64,000 nucleotides of DNA from Acidimicrobiaceae bacterium (GCA_030837965.1 JAUTXP010000013.1:11080-75079), one strand, 5' to 3'; counted from the stretch's first letter, positions 10,003 to 20,130 are shown. The notes: a model not told the origin generated them from the sequence alone. A program made the numbers and translations.

Positions 10003-10425
10003 ATGCGCACGTCCTCGCTAGCCCTCGCCGCCGTCGCCGTTCTCGGCGCCGCTGCACTGCCCGAGCCCGCCCACGCGGCCGGAGCCGCCAGCGGGACGAT
10101 CCACGTGATGAGCCCTGCGCCCAGCCTGGTGCTTTCGGCCATGCAGGACAAGGCCTGCAACGACCGGCCCGAGACCCAGGGGACCGACGGGTACGTCTTC
10201 TCCGTCAGCCCGGGGACGACCCGGATCACGATCACCGGCACGCCCGCCGTGCCCGGCACGGTCGTGGACCTCGACGCCTACTTCGTGGACTCGAACTGCC
10301 GAGTCATCGGCACGGCCTGGGACGGTGCGTACGTCCTCAACGCCCCCGTGCCCGGCGGCACCACCTATGTGCTGGTCGACCTGACCCTGGGCGCCGAAGT
10401 CACCTTCCGCGCCTCCTGGACCTAG
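10003..10425 (+). CDS. Hypothetical secreted beta-rich protein
   Basis: Sec signal peptide (MRTSSLALAAVAVLG..AHA), two Cys, DLDAYFVD strand; GC3-biased codons. Confidence 0.75.
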   Translation: MRTSSLALAAVAVLGAAALPEPAHAAGAASGTIHVMSPAPSLVLSAMQDKACNDRPETQGTDGYVFSVSPGTTRITITGTPAVPGTVVDLDAYFVDSNCRVIGTAWDGAYVLNAPVPGGTTYVLVDLTLGAEVTFRASWT

Positions 10426-10448
10426 AGGCCGCGCGGACCCCCCTCGAA

Positions 10449-10479
10449 CTTTTCCACAGCACCTGCTGCTGTGGAAAAG
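10449..10479. repeat. 31-bp palindromic REP-like element, copy 3 (between convergent genes)
   Basis: Exact CTTTTCCACAGCACCTGCTGCTGTGGAAAAG. Confidence 0.95.
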
Positions 10480-10490
10480 CGCGGGGGTGT

Positions 10491-11792
10491 CTAGGCGGTG
10501 GGCGTGAACAGGCCGGCGAGCGGGGTCACTGCGTCGTAACGGGGATCGGGGTCGCCCAGCCAGTCGCGCAGCACCGAGGCGTACACCGAGCGCACGTCGG
10601 TCGTCATCTGCACGTTGTCGGCGGGCGCCAGCGGAGACCCGAGGGCGGGATGGTCGCCCTTCAAGCCACCCACGACTGACGGACCGATGAGGAAGACCGG
10701 CCCCGCCGCGCCATGGTCGGTGCCCGTCACCGTGCCCGCCCCGTTCTCGCCGATGCGACGCCCGAACTCGCTGTAGACGAGCACCAGCGTCTTGGCCGCG
10801 TCGTCGGCGCTCATCGGCCCGAGACCCAGGTCCTGGCCGCGGTAGGCGCCCGTGAAGAAGGCGCCGATGGATGCGTCGAGGTCGTCGAGCAACGGCTCGT
10901 GGTACTTCTTCTGCGCGTTGTGGGTGTCGAAGCCCGCGTGCTCGACGAACACCACTTCCAGGCCGAGTCCCTGCTCGAACAGCACGCGGGCGTTCATGAG
11001 CATCCGCGACAGGTTGGTGGGGCCGCCCGGCGGCACGGGCGTGGCCTCGAAGTCGTCGACCAGCCCAACGGTGGAGCGGGCCACCGCCCCTGCCGCCCGC
11101 CGCACCGGCTCCCCCGCGTTCGAACCGGCGAAGCGGGCCAAGGCCTGGTGCCGGACATCGGCATACGGATCGGTGCCGTCCGTGAAGCGGGTCTCGGCGA
11201 TGCCGGTGACGAGCGCCCCGGTCTCGCGCTCCCCCGTCAGCAACAACGGCAGGTCGGTGCCGAACGCCAGCGCCCTGACCTCGCCGTCGGCGATGCCAAC
11301 GCGGTCGATGTGCCTTCCGAGCCATCCCGAGTCCGGCGCCCGGTCCGGCTGGCCCGACTGCCAGATGTCCGACGAGGTGAAGTGCGAGTAGTTGTGGTTC
11401 GGGTAGTCGACGCCTTGGACGATGGCGACCTGCCCGCTCTCGTACAGCCCGTGCAGCGTGGTCAGCTTGGGGTTGAGGCCCAAGGCCTGCTCGGCATCGC
11501 CCGGCCGGTCCAGCGGGAGCAGCACGCTGGTCGGATAGGCGAGCGTGGGACGGACCTTCTCGTAGACCGAGCGCCGATTGGCCCCGCCCACGTCGGCCAT
11601 GGGCACGACGGTGTTGAGCCCGTCGTTCCCGCCGAACAGCGAGATGACCACGATGCGGTGACGGGCCGATGCGGCCGGGTCGACGAAGGAGGCGAGGGCC
11701 CGTCCGGTGCGCAAGACGGCCGGGCCGACGAGCTGCACCCCGACCAGCCCTCCGAGGCCGGCCAGGAAGTGACGGCGTGAGATGTCCTGCAC
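10491..11792 (-). CDS. DUF1501 family protein, Tat-exported
   Basis: SRRHFL twin-Arg signal; GGNDGLNTVVP, SHFTSSDIWQ, GWLGR, GFDTH, SEFGRR, GTDHG motifs. Confidence 0.88.
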   Translation of the reverse strand: MQDISRRHFLAGLGGLVGVQLVGPAVLRTGRALASFVDPAASARHRIVVISLFGGNDGLNTVVPMADVGGANRRSVYEKVRPTLAYPTSVLLPLDRPGDAEQALGLNPKLTTLHGLYESGQVAIVQGVDYPNHNYSHFTSSDIWQSGQPDRAPDSGWLGRHIDRVGIADGEVRALAFGTDLPLLLTGERETGALVTGIAETRFTDGTDPYADVRHQALARFAGSNAGEPVRRAAGAVARSTVGLVDDFEATPVPPGGPTNLSRMLMNARVLFEQGLGLEVVFVEHAGFDTHNAQKKYHEPLLDDLDASIGAFFTGAYRGQDLGLGPMSADDAAKTLVLVYSEFGRRIGENGAGTVTGTDHGAAGPVFLIGPSVVGGLKGDHPALGSPLAPADNVQMTTDVRSVYASVLRDWLGDPDPRYDAVTPLAGLFTPTA

Positions 11793-11794
11793 GG

Positions 11795-13171
11795 TCAGAC
11801 CACCATCCAGTCGGGGCTCGTCAGCAACAGGGCCAGAACCCCGAGCTGTCGGACCTCCTCGCTCAGCGACGGGTCCTGTGCGTCGACGTGCTCGCGGATC
11901 ACGCGCGCCGTGTTGGCGTCCAGTGAGGCCATGCCGAACCGGGCCGTCCACGCGTCGAGGTCGTTCGACGGCGGGAGCAGGACCCGTCCTGGTCCGGTCG
12001 TGTCGCGCGCATAGAAGAGGGTGAAGGCCAGGTCGTAGCGGGCCAGCAGCGTGGCCGGGGTCAGCCACCGCAGCCCCATGGGCCAGCCCCCGACGTTCGG
12101 CGGCTTGAAGGGCTGCTGCCCGAGGCGTCCGAGGAGGCGGATGACGACGGGCATCGCGCTTCCCGTCAACGGAATGCCGATGGCCTTGGCCGCCGACACG
12201 AGCACGTCGACCGGAGGCCGCACGTGTTGGCGGCCGGCGGCGTGGTCGGGATGGCGGAACTCGTCGGCCAGGAGCATGGCGCGGACCGCGGCCTGCAGGT
12301 CGAAGTCGGTCGACCGCAGCGTGTCGGCGACCTTGGCCACCAGCGGATCGTCTCCGCTCGCCACATAGGCGAAGGCACACACCAGTTTCCGAGCCAGAAA
12401 GCGGGGGGCGACGGGCTGGGCCAGGGCGATGTCGGTGATGGCCTCGTGCTCGGCCGCGCCCAGGTTGGGGACGGTCCGGCCGAGGATGCGCTTCACCCCG
12501 TTGTCGTGAAGGGTCGGGTCGAACTGCACCGTCCGGGCGTAGATGTTCGTGCCCCATCCGGTGAAGGCGCGCGCCGCCTCCCGCACGTCCTGCTCGGTGT
12601 AGACTTGCGGGTCCTTGCCCAGGGTGAACAGCTCGAAGAACTCGCGGGCGTAGTTCTCGTTCGGATGGGGCGTGCGGTTGTCCTGGCCGCTGAGCCACCA
12701 CAGCATGGCCGAGTCCACGTTCATGGCATTGGCCATGGCCCGGAAGCTGCCCAGCGCGTGGTCGCGGAGCAGTTGGTTCTGCACCAGCATCATCCCGGCA
12801 TCGGGGAAGGGGCCGTAGGCGGTAGCCCAGTGGCCGTGCCAGAACAGCGTCAGCCGTTCGAGCAGCGGCCATGGCGTGGTGCGCATCCGCTCCAGCCACC
12901 ACGTCTGGATCATGTCGAGCTTGGGGGTGGCGTTCTCGTCCACGACGCCGCCCCAGGCGTACAGCGCGTTGCGGGTGGCGTCGTCGGGCTGCGTGCGCAG
13001 CGGGCCGGGCGGGGGCACGGCCAGCAGGCTGTCGACCATGTCGACGTACGGACGGCCCGTCCACTGGTCGAGCTCCGCGGCGCTGGCGCCGAAGGCCACG
13101 CGGGCGAACAGGCGCGCCACATCCTCGCGAGTGGTCAGCAATGTCGAAACAGCGGTGGTGCTCCCCAGCAC
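11795..13171 (-). CDS. DUF1800 family protein
   Basis: ERLTLFWHGHWAT, PNENYAREFFELFTLG, YTEQDVREAARAFTGW, PPNVGGW, LLTSPDW; canonical partner of DUF1501. Confidence 0.9.
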   Translation of the reverse strand: MLGSTTAVSTLLTTREDVARLFARVAFGASAAELDQWTGRPYVDMVDSLLAVPPPGPLRTQPDDATRNALYAWGGVVDENATPKLDMIQTWWLERMRTTPWPLLERLTLFWHGHWATAYGPFPDAGMMLVQNQLLRDHALGSFRAMANAMNVDSAMLWWLSGQDNRTPHPNENYAREFFELFTLGKDPQVYTEQDVREAARAFTGWGTNIYARTVQFDPTLHDNGVKRILGRTVPNLGAAEHEAITDIALAQPVAPRFLARKLVCAFAYVASGDDPLVAKVADTLRSTDFDLQAAVRAMLLADEFRHPDHAAGRQHVRPPVDVLVSAAKAIGIPLTGSAMPVVIRLLGRLGQQPFKPPNVGGWPMGLRWLTPATLLARYDLAFTLFYARDTTGPGRVLLPPSNDLDAWTARFGMASLDANTARVIREHVDAQDPSLSEEVRQLGVLALLLTSPDWMVV

Positions 13172-13202
13172 GGTCCTCGTATCCCCCTGACGGCGGTGCC
13201 CT

Positions 13203-13215
13203 CTTGGTATACCAC
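13203..13215 (-). promoter_or_regulatory. GTGGTATACCAAG motif upstream of DUF1800-DUF1501
   Basis: Reverse complement of the 9957-9969 motif. Confidence 0.55.
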
Positions 13216-13285
13216 GCCGCCGCTCGGCCCGTCAACGCGGCACTCCGCGGCCCTGTGCCCCCGGAAACACCGGGCTTGTGCGCGG

Positions 13286-13501
13286 CTACGGGCTGGTCGG
13301 TGGGGCGGAAGCGATCCGGGTCGCCTCCCACCGGCCCATGTGGCCGGCCACGACCTCGAACGTCACGGGCGTGTCCTGCTCGATGGTGCGGGTGCCGTCC
13401 GCGATCTGCGTGCAGTGGAACGGGTACCGGGTGCCGTCGTCGGCCTCGATGTCCCCCAATCCGGCCGCGTCGTCGAAGCGCGCGACCCGGCCCGATTGCA
13501 T
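13286..13501 (-). CDS. Cold-shock (OB-fold) domain protein
   Basis: GRVARFDDAAGLGDI..YPFHCTQI..VTFEV..GRWEATRI resembles the CSD RNP1/RNP2 pattern. Confidence 0.7.
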   Translation of the reverse strand: MQSGRVARFDDAAGLGDIEADDGTRYPFHCTQIADGTRTIEQDTPVTFEVVAGHMGRWEATRIASAPPTSP

Positions 13502-13505
13502 CGGC

Positions 13506-14396
13506 TCAGTGGACGATCTTGGCGAGGGGCAGTTCGATGATGTCGGTGGCGCCCGCGTCCTTGAGGGCCGGGATCAACACGTTGATGTCGGCCTTAGGGA
13601 CCACCGTCTCCACCGCGTAGCCGTCCTCGCCGAACAGCTTCGACACGGTTGGCGACTTCATGGCGGGCAGCAGCTCGATGACCCGGTCCAAGTCGTCGCC
13701 CGCCACGTTCAGCTTGACCAGCACCTTGCCCCGCGCCTCCAGCGTGCCCTGCAACAGCGTGAGCACCTGCTGCATGGCGTGGCGCTTGTCCGAGTCCTCG
13801 CACGAGGCGGGGTTGGCGATCAGCTCGGTGAAGCTGATCAGCACGGTGTCCACGATGCGCAGGCCGTTGTTGCGCAAAGCCCGCCCGGTCTCGGTGATCT
13901 CCACCACCGCGTCGGCCACGCCCAAGGCGATCTTGGCCTCGGTCGCACCATGGGACAGCGTGATCTCGGCGTCGGTGATCCCGTGCTTCTCCAGGTACCT
14001 GCGCGTCAGCTCGCGGTACTCGGTGTTCACCCGTACGACGCCGCCGAGGGCGGCCAGGTCGTCCACCGACTGCACCGGGGACTCGTTGGCCACCGCGAGC
14101 ACGACCCGGATGGGCAGGGCCGTGGCCTTCGAGTATTGGAGCTCGCCGAGGGACACGACCTCGCTGGCCGTCTCCTCGATCCAGTCCCGCCCGGTGATGC
14201 CCATGTCGAACAGGCCCGACGCCACATAGCGCGGGATCTCCTGGGGCCGCAGGACCGCGACCTCCGTGATGCGGGGGTCGGCGATGGTGGCCTGGTACTC
14301 GACCGACGAGGACCGGCGCACGGGCAGGTCGGCGGCCTCGAACAGGTCGAGCGTGGCCCGCTCCAACGAGCCCTTCGGCAGCACCAGCTTCAGCAT
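13506..14396 (-). CDS. hisG: ATP phosphoribosyltransferase (long form)
   Basis: [44 protein letters not shown]-terminal SPTVS regulatory domain. Confidence 0.96.
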   Translation of the reverse strand: MLKLVLPKGSLERATLDLFEAADLPVRRSSSVEYQATIADPRITEVAVLRPQEIPRYVASGLFDMGITGRDWIEETASEVVSLGELQYSKATALPIRVVLAVANESPVQSVDDLAALGGVVRVNTEYRELTRRYLEKHGITDAEITLSHGATEAKIALGVADAVVEITETGRALRNNGLRIVDTVLISFTELIANPASCEDSDKRHAMQQVLTLLQGTLEARGKVLVKLNVAGDDLDRVIELLPAMKSPTVSKLFGEDGYAVETVVPKADINVLIPALKDAGATDIIELPLAKIVH

Positions 14397-14929
14397 CACC
14401 GCCCCCCTTCCGACTTTTCCACAGCACCTGCTGCTGTGGAAAAGCGCGAGGGGGTGGGGAGGCTGCGGTGGAGGGCGGCCATCTCGATGGCCACTTCGGC
14501 CGACTCGAAGCCCTTGTCGATGCGCTCCTCGGCCTGCTCGACGGTGTTGGTCGTGAGCACGCCGAACACGCAGGGCACGCCCGTGTCCAACTGCACCCGC
14601 ATCAGTCCCGACGCGCACTCCCCCGCCACGAAGTCGAAGTGCGGCGTGTCTCCACGGATGACGGCTCCGAGCCCGATCACGGCGTCGACCGACGGGGCCA
14701 GCCAGGCCGCGGCCATCGGGATCTCGAAGGCGCCAGGGACCCACACCACCTCGGGCTCGGGCGCTCCGTACTTCTCCAACGCGGCCTTGGCCCCGTCGAG
14801 CAACGGCCCGGTGATGAAGTCGTTGAAGCGGCCGCACACGATGGCGACGCGCACGCCCCGCCCGTCCGCCTCCGGGCGCTTGCCGCGCGTCTTCTCAGTT
14901 GCCGAGTCGGCGAAATCAGGTGAGGTCAT
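14396..14929 (-). CDS. ribH: 6,7-dimethyl-8-ribityllumazine synthase (C-terminus extended through a REP copy)
   Basis: [41 protein letters not shown]; stop overlaps hisG ATG (TGATG). Confidence 0.95.
   Translation of the reverse strand: MTSPDFADSATEKTRGKRPEADGRGVRVAIVCGRFNDFITGPLLDGAKAALEKYGAPEPEVVWVPGAFEIPMAAAWLAPSVDAVIGLGAVIRGDTPHFDFVAGECASGLMRVQLDTGVPCVFGVLTTNTVEQAEERIDKGFESAEVAIEMAALHRSLPTPSRFSTAAGAVEKSEGGR
14414..14444. repeat. 31-bp palindromic REP-like element, copy 4 (inside ribH 3' end)
   Basis: Exact copy within the ribH reading frame. Confidence 0.95.
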
Positions 14930-16133
14930 CCAGTCCGTCCAGCAGGTGGCCCATCCGCTCGCGCTTGGTGCGGAGGTAGTCGATGTTCTCCGGGTTGGGG
15001 ACCGACTCCAGCGGCACCCGCTCGACGATGTCGATGCCGAACCCCTCGAGTCCACCGTACTTGGCCGGGTTATTGGTCAACACCCTCATCGTGGTCACGC
15101 CCACGTCGACGAGGATCTGGGCCCCGATGCCGTACTCGCGAGAGTCGACGGGCAGGCCCAGGTCGAGGTTGGCGTCGACCGTGTCCCGCCCTTGCTCTTG
15201 GAGGTTGTAGGCCCGCAGCTTGTGGCCGATGCCGATGCCGCGGCCCTCGTGGCCGCGCAGGTACACGATCACGCCCAAGCCCTCGTCGGCGATGCGCTTC
15301 AAGGCGGCATCGAGTTGCGGTCCGCAATCGCAGCGCAGCGAGCCGAACACGTCGCCGGTGAGGCACTCGCTGTGCACCCGCACCAACACGTTGTCCTCGC
15401 CTTGCACCGCGCCCTTGACGAAGGCCAGGTGCTGCTCGCCGTCGAGCACGGACTCGTAGACGTAACAGGTGAAGTCGCCGTACTGGGTGGGGATTCGAGC
15501 CTCCGCCACCCGCTTCACCAGCTTGTCGTTCTGGCGGCGGTAGCGGATGAGGTCGGCGATGGAGATGATCAGCAGGTCGTACTCCTGGGCGAAGTCCTGG
15601 AGCTCGGGCAGCCGGGCCATGTCCGTCTTCTTGTGGTCGACCACCTCGCACAGAACGCCCGCCGGGTACAGCCCGGCCATGCGGGCCAGGTCGACGGCGG
15701 CCTCAGTGTGGCCCGCCCGCTTCAGCACGCCGCCGTGGGCGTAGCGCAGCGGGAAGATGTGGCCGGGTCGGGCCAGGTCGTCGGGCCTGGTGGACGGGTC
15801 GATCAAGGCCTGGATGGTGGCGGTCCGGTCGAAGGCGGAGATGCCGGTGGACGTGCCGTGACGGAAGTCCACGCTCACCGTGAACGCGGTGCGGTGCGAC
15901 TCCGTGTTGGTCGTGACCATCAAAGGCAGGTCCAACTCGTCCAAGCGCTCGGGGGTCATGGGCGCGCAGATGAGGCCCGACGTGTGCTGGAGGAAGAAGG
16001 CGATCTTCTCCGGCGTGGCCGCCTCCGCGGCCATGATCAGGTCGCCTTCGTTCTCGCGGTCCTCGTCGTCCACCACCACGACGATCTCGCCACGGCCGAT
16101 GGCGGCCACTGCCTTCTCAATGGAGGCGAACAT
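14916..16133 (-). CDS. ribBA: Bifunctional DHBP synthase/GTP cyclohydrolase II
   Basis: [52 protein letters not shown]. Confidence 0.97.
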   Translation of the reverse strand: MFASIEKAVAAIGRGEIVVVVDDEDRENEGDLIMAAEAATPEKIAFFLQHTSGLICAPMTPERLDELDLPLMVTTNTESHRTAFTVSVDFRHGTSTGISAFDRTATIQALIDPSTRPDDLARPGHIFPLRYAHGGVLKRAGHTEAAVDLARMAGLYPAGVLCEVVDHKKTDMARLPELQDFAQEYDLLIISIADLIRYRRQNDKLVKRVAEARIPTQYGDFTCYVYESVLDGEQHLAFVKGAVQGEDNVLVRVHSECLTGDVFGSLRCDCGPQLDAALKRIADEGLGVIVYLRGHEGRGIGIGHKLRAYNLQEQGRDTVDANLDLGLPVDSREYGIGAQILVDVGVTTMRVLTNNPAKYGGLEGFGIDIVERVPLESVPNPENIDYLRTKRERMGHLLDGLDDLT

Positions 16134-16715
16134 CTAGCTGGGTCCTTCCTCGTCGTCGCGGCCGAGCAGGCGCTCGACGTACTTGGCCACCACGTCGATC
16201 TCGATGTTGACCCGCTCGCCTGGGCGCTTGAAGCCAAGGGTCGTCACCTCGGCCGTGTGCGGGATGACGGCCACCGTGAACCCGTCGTCCAGCACGTCGA
16301 CCACGGTCAGGCTGCACCCGTCCACCGTCACCGAGCCCTTCACCACGACATACCGCAACAGGTCTGAGGGGATGCGCACCCGGAGGTCGGGCGCGGCGGT
16401 GACGATGGTGCCGACGGCGTCGACGTGGCCTTGCACCAAGTGGCCGCCGAGGCGGTCGCCCAGCCGCATGGGGCGCTCGAGGTTGACCCGGTCGCCGGGG
16501 GCCAGGTCGGCCAGGACGGTTCGGCTCAAGGTCTCGTCCACCGCGGTGGCCGTCCACCAGCCCGGGCCGATGTCCGTCACCGTCACGCAGCAGCCGTTGA
16601 CGGCGATGGAGTCGCCCAGCTTGGCGTCCTCGATCACGGTCTGGGCGCCAAAGCGGAAGTCCCCGCCGTCGCGCTCGATGACCACGCCCAGCTCCTCGAC
16701 TATGCCAGTGAACAC
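16134..16715 (-). CDS. ribE: Riboflavin synthase (alpha chain)
   Basis: (M)FTGIVEELG, GDSIAVNGCC, VNLER, GGHLVQGHVD, KGSVTVDGCSLTV, IPHT. Confidence 0.96.
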   Translation of the reverse strand: MFTGIVEELGVVIERDGGDFRFGAQTVIEDAKLGDSIAVNGCCVTVTDIGPGWWTATAVDETLSRTVLADLAPGDRVNLERPMRLGDRLGGHLVQGHVDAVGTIVTAAPDLRVRIPSDLLRYVVVKGSVTVDGCSLTVVDVLDDGFTVAVIPHTAEVTTLGFKRPGERVNIEIDVVAKYVERLLGRDDEEGPS

Positions 16716-17704
16716 AGCTCCACCTTCAGGTCTGGGCCCAGGCGCTCCACGCTGGCGATGCGGCCCCGCCACACGTCGTCCATGGTGGGCGCGCCGGGAC
16801 CGGCGAACAAAGCGCGGGCGTCGTCGCCGCCGAACAGGACCGGGGCTAGGTACAGGACGTAGCGGTCGACGAGCCCGGCTCGGTGAAAGGCGTGGGCCAC
16901 CGACGCGCCGCCTTCGACCAGCAGTTGCAACACGCCTCTGCGGCCGAGGTCGGCCAGCACGTCGGCCAGGTCGCCCGACATGCGCAGGGCCGGGTTGACC
17001 TTGGCCTCTTCGGGCACGTCGTCGTGGGCGAGAACGACCCGAAGGGGGTCGGGCCGCTGCGTAGCGGGGTCGGAATCGACGTGGCGGACAGTGAGGCTGG
17101 GGTCGTCGTGGCGCACGGTTCCTGCGCCCACGAGCACGGCGTCGGACTCGGCCCTCAGCCGGTGGGCGTCGGTGCGGGCGGGCTGGCCCGTGATCCACTG
17201 GCTGGACCCGTCGGGCGCGGCGGTGCGGCCGTCCAGGGTCGCGGCCAGCTTGAGCACCACCCAGGGCGTGCCCGTGCGCCGGTGCTTGAGGTAGGGGGCG
17301 AGCTGGTCGGTCACCTCGTCGGCACCGATGCCCACGTCGACGGCGATGCCCGCTCCTTGGAGGGCGGCGATCCCCTGGCCCGCGACCTGCGGGTCCGGGT
17401 CCTCGATGCCGATCACGACACGGGCGATGCCCGCGGCGACGACGGCATCGGTGCACGGCGGCGTGCGGCCGTGGTGGGAACAGGGCTCCAGCGTGGAGTA
17501 GAGCGTGGCGCCGCGGGCCGCGTCGCCCGCGGCGTCAAGGGCGACGATCTCGGCGTGCGGACCGCCCGGCGGCCTCGTCGCGCCCTCATACGTGCGGCCG
17601 TCCGCGGTGACGACGAGCGCCCCCACCCAGGGGTTGGGCGAGGTGGTGGCGCGCACGGACGCGGCCACTTCCACCGCCCTGCGCATGGCCTCCTCGTCGG
17701 TCAC
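16700..17704 (-). CDS. ribD: Riboflavin biosynthesis deaminase/reductase RibD
   Basis: PNPWVGA, HAE, TLEPCSHHGRTPPC, KLAATLDG, SQWITG, LVEGG; leaderless TACAAT -10 at 17712-17717. Confidence 0.96.
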   Translation of the reverse strand: MTDEEAMRRAVEVAASVRATTSPNPWVGALVVTADGRTYEGATRPPGGPHAEIVALDAAGDAARGATLYSTLEPCSHHGRTPPCTDAVVAAGIARVVIGIEDPDPQVAGQGIAALQGAGIAVDVGIGADEVTDQLAPYLKHRRTGTPWVVLKLAATLDGRTAAPDGSSQWITGQPARTDAHRLRAESDAVLVGAGTVRHDDPSLTVRHVDSDPATQRPDPLRVVLAHDDVPEEAKVNPALRMSGDLADVLADLGRRGVLQLLVEGGASVAHAFHRAGLVDRYVLYLAPVLFGGDDARALFAGPGAPTMDDVWRGRIASVERLGPDLKVELCSLA

Positions 17705-17740
17705 GGCCCCGATTGTAAGGCGCGCCTAACATTTCCTCAT

Positions 17741-17771
17741 CTTTTCCACAGCACCTGCTGCTGTGGAAAAG
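17741..17771. repeat. 31-bp palindromic REP-like element, copy 5
   Basis: Exact copy between mog and the ribD promoter. Confidence 0.95.
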
Positions 17772-17782
17772 ATGGCGGGGGG

Positions 17783-18286
17783 TCAGTGGGGGTGGTCGCC
17801 GGCGAGGAGGGACAGGGCGTGGGGCAGCACGTCGAGCACCGCCTCCAGGCACTCGACGGCCCCATTGGTCGACCCCGGCGTGTTCAGCACCAGGGCCTGG
17901 CCGATGGTGCCCGCCGCGGCCCGAGACAGCCTGCCCAGCGGGCTGGCCAGGCGCATGGCCTCGGCCAGGCCGGGCGCCTCCCTGTCCAGCACCAGCCTGG
18001 TCCCCTCCGGCGTCTGGTCCCGCGGGCCGAAACCGGTCCCGCCCGTGGTGACGATCAGGCCCGCGAACCCGGCAGCCATGCCCCGCAACGCCCCGGCGAC
18101 AGCGCTGGTGCCGTCGGCGGTCACAGCCCGGTCGACCACGTCGAAGCCCGCCTCGGCGAGCCGTTGCAGCAGGGCCTCTCCCGACGCGTCCTGGCGCGTC
18201 CCTTCGGCCACGCCGTCCGACACGGTGAGCACCTTGGCCAAGAGGGTCTTGGCCGAGACCGTCTTAGTTTTGGATGGGCTGGTCAC
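17783..18286 (-). CDS. MogA/MoaB family molybdopterin adenylyltransferase
   Basis: LTVSD..RQDASG, TTGGTGFGPRDQTPE, NTPGS. Confidence 0.9.
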   Translation of the reverse strand: MTSPSKTKTVSAKTLLAKVLTVSDGVAEGTRQDASGEALLQRLAEAGFDVVDRAVTADGTSAVAGALRGMAAGFAGLIVTTGGTGFGPRDQTPEGTRLVLDREAPGLAEAMRLASPLGRLSRAAAGTIGQALVLNTPGSTNGAVECLEAVLDVLPHALSLLAGDHPH

Positions 18287-18951
18287 GCGGCCACTGCCGC
18301 GTCGGCGGCCACGCGGATGCGGCGGGCCGCGGCGGCCGGGTCGAGCCCGGTGCCGAAGATGGCGTTGCCGGCCACGAACACGTCCGCCCCTGCCGCGGCG
18401 GCGACGGGCGCGGTGGCCACGTCGATCCCGCCGTCGACCTGCACGGCCACGGCCAAGCCGCGGCGGGTGATCTCGGCCCGCGTGCGCTCGAGCTTGGGCA
18501 TGACCTCGGCCATGAACTGCTGGCCTCCGAAGCCGGGGAAGACGGTCATCAGCAGCACCAGGTCGATGTCCCCCAGCCAGCGGCCGTAGGCCTCATACGG
18601 CGTGTCCGGGTTGACGGCCAGGCCCACGTCCAGCCCCAGGTCGCGCATCTGCCCGATGAGGTCCGCCGTGCCGCCGATCTCCACGTGCACGCTGCACCCG
18701 TCCGCCCCTGCCTTCTTGAACGCCTCCAGGTAGGACCCCGGGTTGGTCATCATCAGGTGGCAGTCCAGATACAGGTCCGTGTGCTTGCGCAGCGACCGCA
18801 CCACGGGCGGGCCGATGGTGAGGTTGGGCACGAAGTGCCCGTCCATCACATCCACGTGGAGCATGTCGGCCTCAGGGGCCACCGCGTCCACGGCCTGGGC
18901 CAGGGCCGCGAAGTCGGCCGACAGGATGGAGGGGGCGATGCGCACGGCCAT
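18283..18951 (-). CDS. rpe: Ribulose-phosphate 3-epimerase
   Basis: IAPSILSADF, HVDVMDGHFVPNLTIG, DCHLM, MTVFPGFGGQ, QVDGG. Confidence 0.97.
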   Translation of the reverse strand: MAVRIAPSILSADFAALAQAVDAVAPEADMLHVDVMDGHFVPNLTIGPPVVRSLRKHTDLYLDCHLMMTNPGSYLEAFKKAGADGCSVHVEIGGTADLIGQMRDLGLDVGLAVNPDTPYEAYGRWLGDIDLVLLMTVFPGFGGQQFMAEVMPKLERTRAEITRRGLAVAVQVDGGIDVATAPVAAAAGADVFVAGNAIFGTGLDPAAAARRIRVAADAAVAA

Positions 18952-18963
18952 GTGCGGGCGAGG

Positions 18964-20130
18964 TTACCGGGGCGGGGTGCGCAGCCTGAGGACGTACATG
19001 CCGTCGGTCCCCGCCGTCTGCGGCAGCAGCCGGGCGCCCCGGCCGAGCGGGGTCCACGGCGGGCCGGGCGGGGGCAGGGCCACCAGGTCGGGATGGGCCT
19101 CGGCCAGCCACTTGTCGATGCCCACCGACTCGGCCAGCGTCATGGTGCACACGCTGTAGACGACCACGCCGCCCGGCTTGAGGAGGGCCACGGCGTTGTC
19201 CACCAAGGCCTTTTGCAGGTCGACCAGCCGGGGCACGTCCGCGGCCTGGATGCGCCAACGGGCGTCCGGCCTGCGGCGCAGCACGCCCAGCCCCGAACAG
19301 GGCGCGTCGAGCAGGACCCGGTCGAACGCGTGGGGCCGATACGGCGGCATGCGGCCGTCGGCGACCAGGGGGACCACGTTGGACGCACGCAGTCGGCGCA
19401 CGTTCGACTCGATGAGGCCCACCCGAGTGGGGTTGACGTCCGACGCCGCCACCATCCCGCTGCCGCCCGCGGCCGCCATGGCGGCAGCCATGGCCGTGGC
19501 CTTGCCCCCGGGCGCGGCGCACAGGTCGGCCACGACGTCGCCCGGCCGCACGTCGACGGCCGCGGCCACCAGTTGCGACCCCTCGTCCTGGATGTAGCCG
19601 TCGGGCCGTTCGGTTACCGGCGGCGCCTCGTTCATCGTCTTCAGCGCGGCCAGCGCGTCGTCGGCGCCCAGCTCGCGGGCCATGCGCTCCACGATCCAGT
19701 CGGGGTAGCTCAACTCGGTGGGCGGGTTGGGCCAGCGGGGGGGCAGTGAGCCCGCCACCTTGCGCAGCACGGCGTTGACCAGACCGGCCGAGCGCACGGG
19801 CGCGGCGTCGACGGTGGCCGCCACCGCGGCGTGAGGCGGCACCCCGAGGAACGCCAGTTGATAGGCGCCCAGTCGCAAGACGTTGCGCGTCTCGGCGTCG
19901 AGGGGCCGGTTGATGAAACGGTCGACCAGCCAGTCGCAGGCTCGGCGCATGCGCGTCGTCCCGTACGACAGCTCCGTGACGAAGGCCCGGTCGCGCTGGT
20001 CGAGGTCGCAGTCGTCCAAGAGACGGGGCACGGCCAGGTTGGCGTACGCCCCCTCCTCGATCTCGAGCAAGGCCCGGAGGGCCAACGCCCGGGCGCCGAC
20101 GCCGGGGCCTGAGTGGGGCCTAGTCGCCAA
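18964..20130 (-). CDS. rsmB: 16S rRNA m5C methyltransferase RsmB/Sun (NusB-like N-domain)
   Basis: YANL..DRAFVTELSYGT, LRLGAYQL, IQDEGSQL, DLCAAPGGK, LDAPCSGLG..RRPD, YSVCT; TTG start overlaps fmt end. Confidence 0.9.
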   Translation of the reverse strand: MATRPHSGPGVGARALALRALLEIEEGAYANLAVPRLLDDCDLDQRDRAFVTELSYGTTRMRRACDWLVDRFINRPLDAETRNVLRLGAYQLAFLGVPPHAAVAATVDAAPVRSAGLVNAVLRKVAGSLPPRWPNPPTELSYPDWIVERMARELGADDALAALKTMNEAPPVTERPDGYIQDEGSQLVAAAVDVRPGDVVADLCAAPGGKATAMAAAMAAAGGSGMVAASDVNPTRVGLIESNVRRLRASNVVPLVADGRMPPYRPHAFDRVLLDAPCSGLGVLRRRPDARWRIQAADVPRLVDLQKALVDNAVALLKPGGVVVYSVCTMTLAESVGIDKWLAEAHPDLVALPPPGPPWTPLGRGARLLPQTAGTDGMYVLRLRTPPR

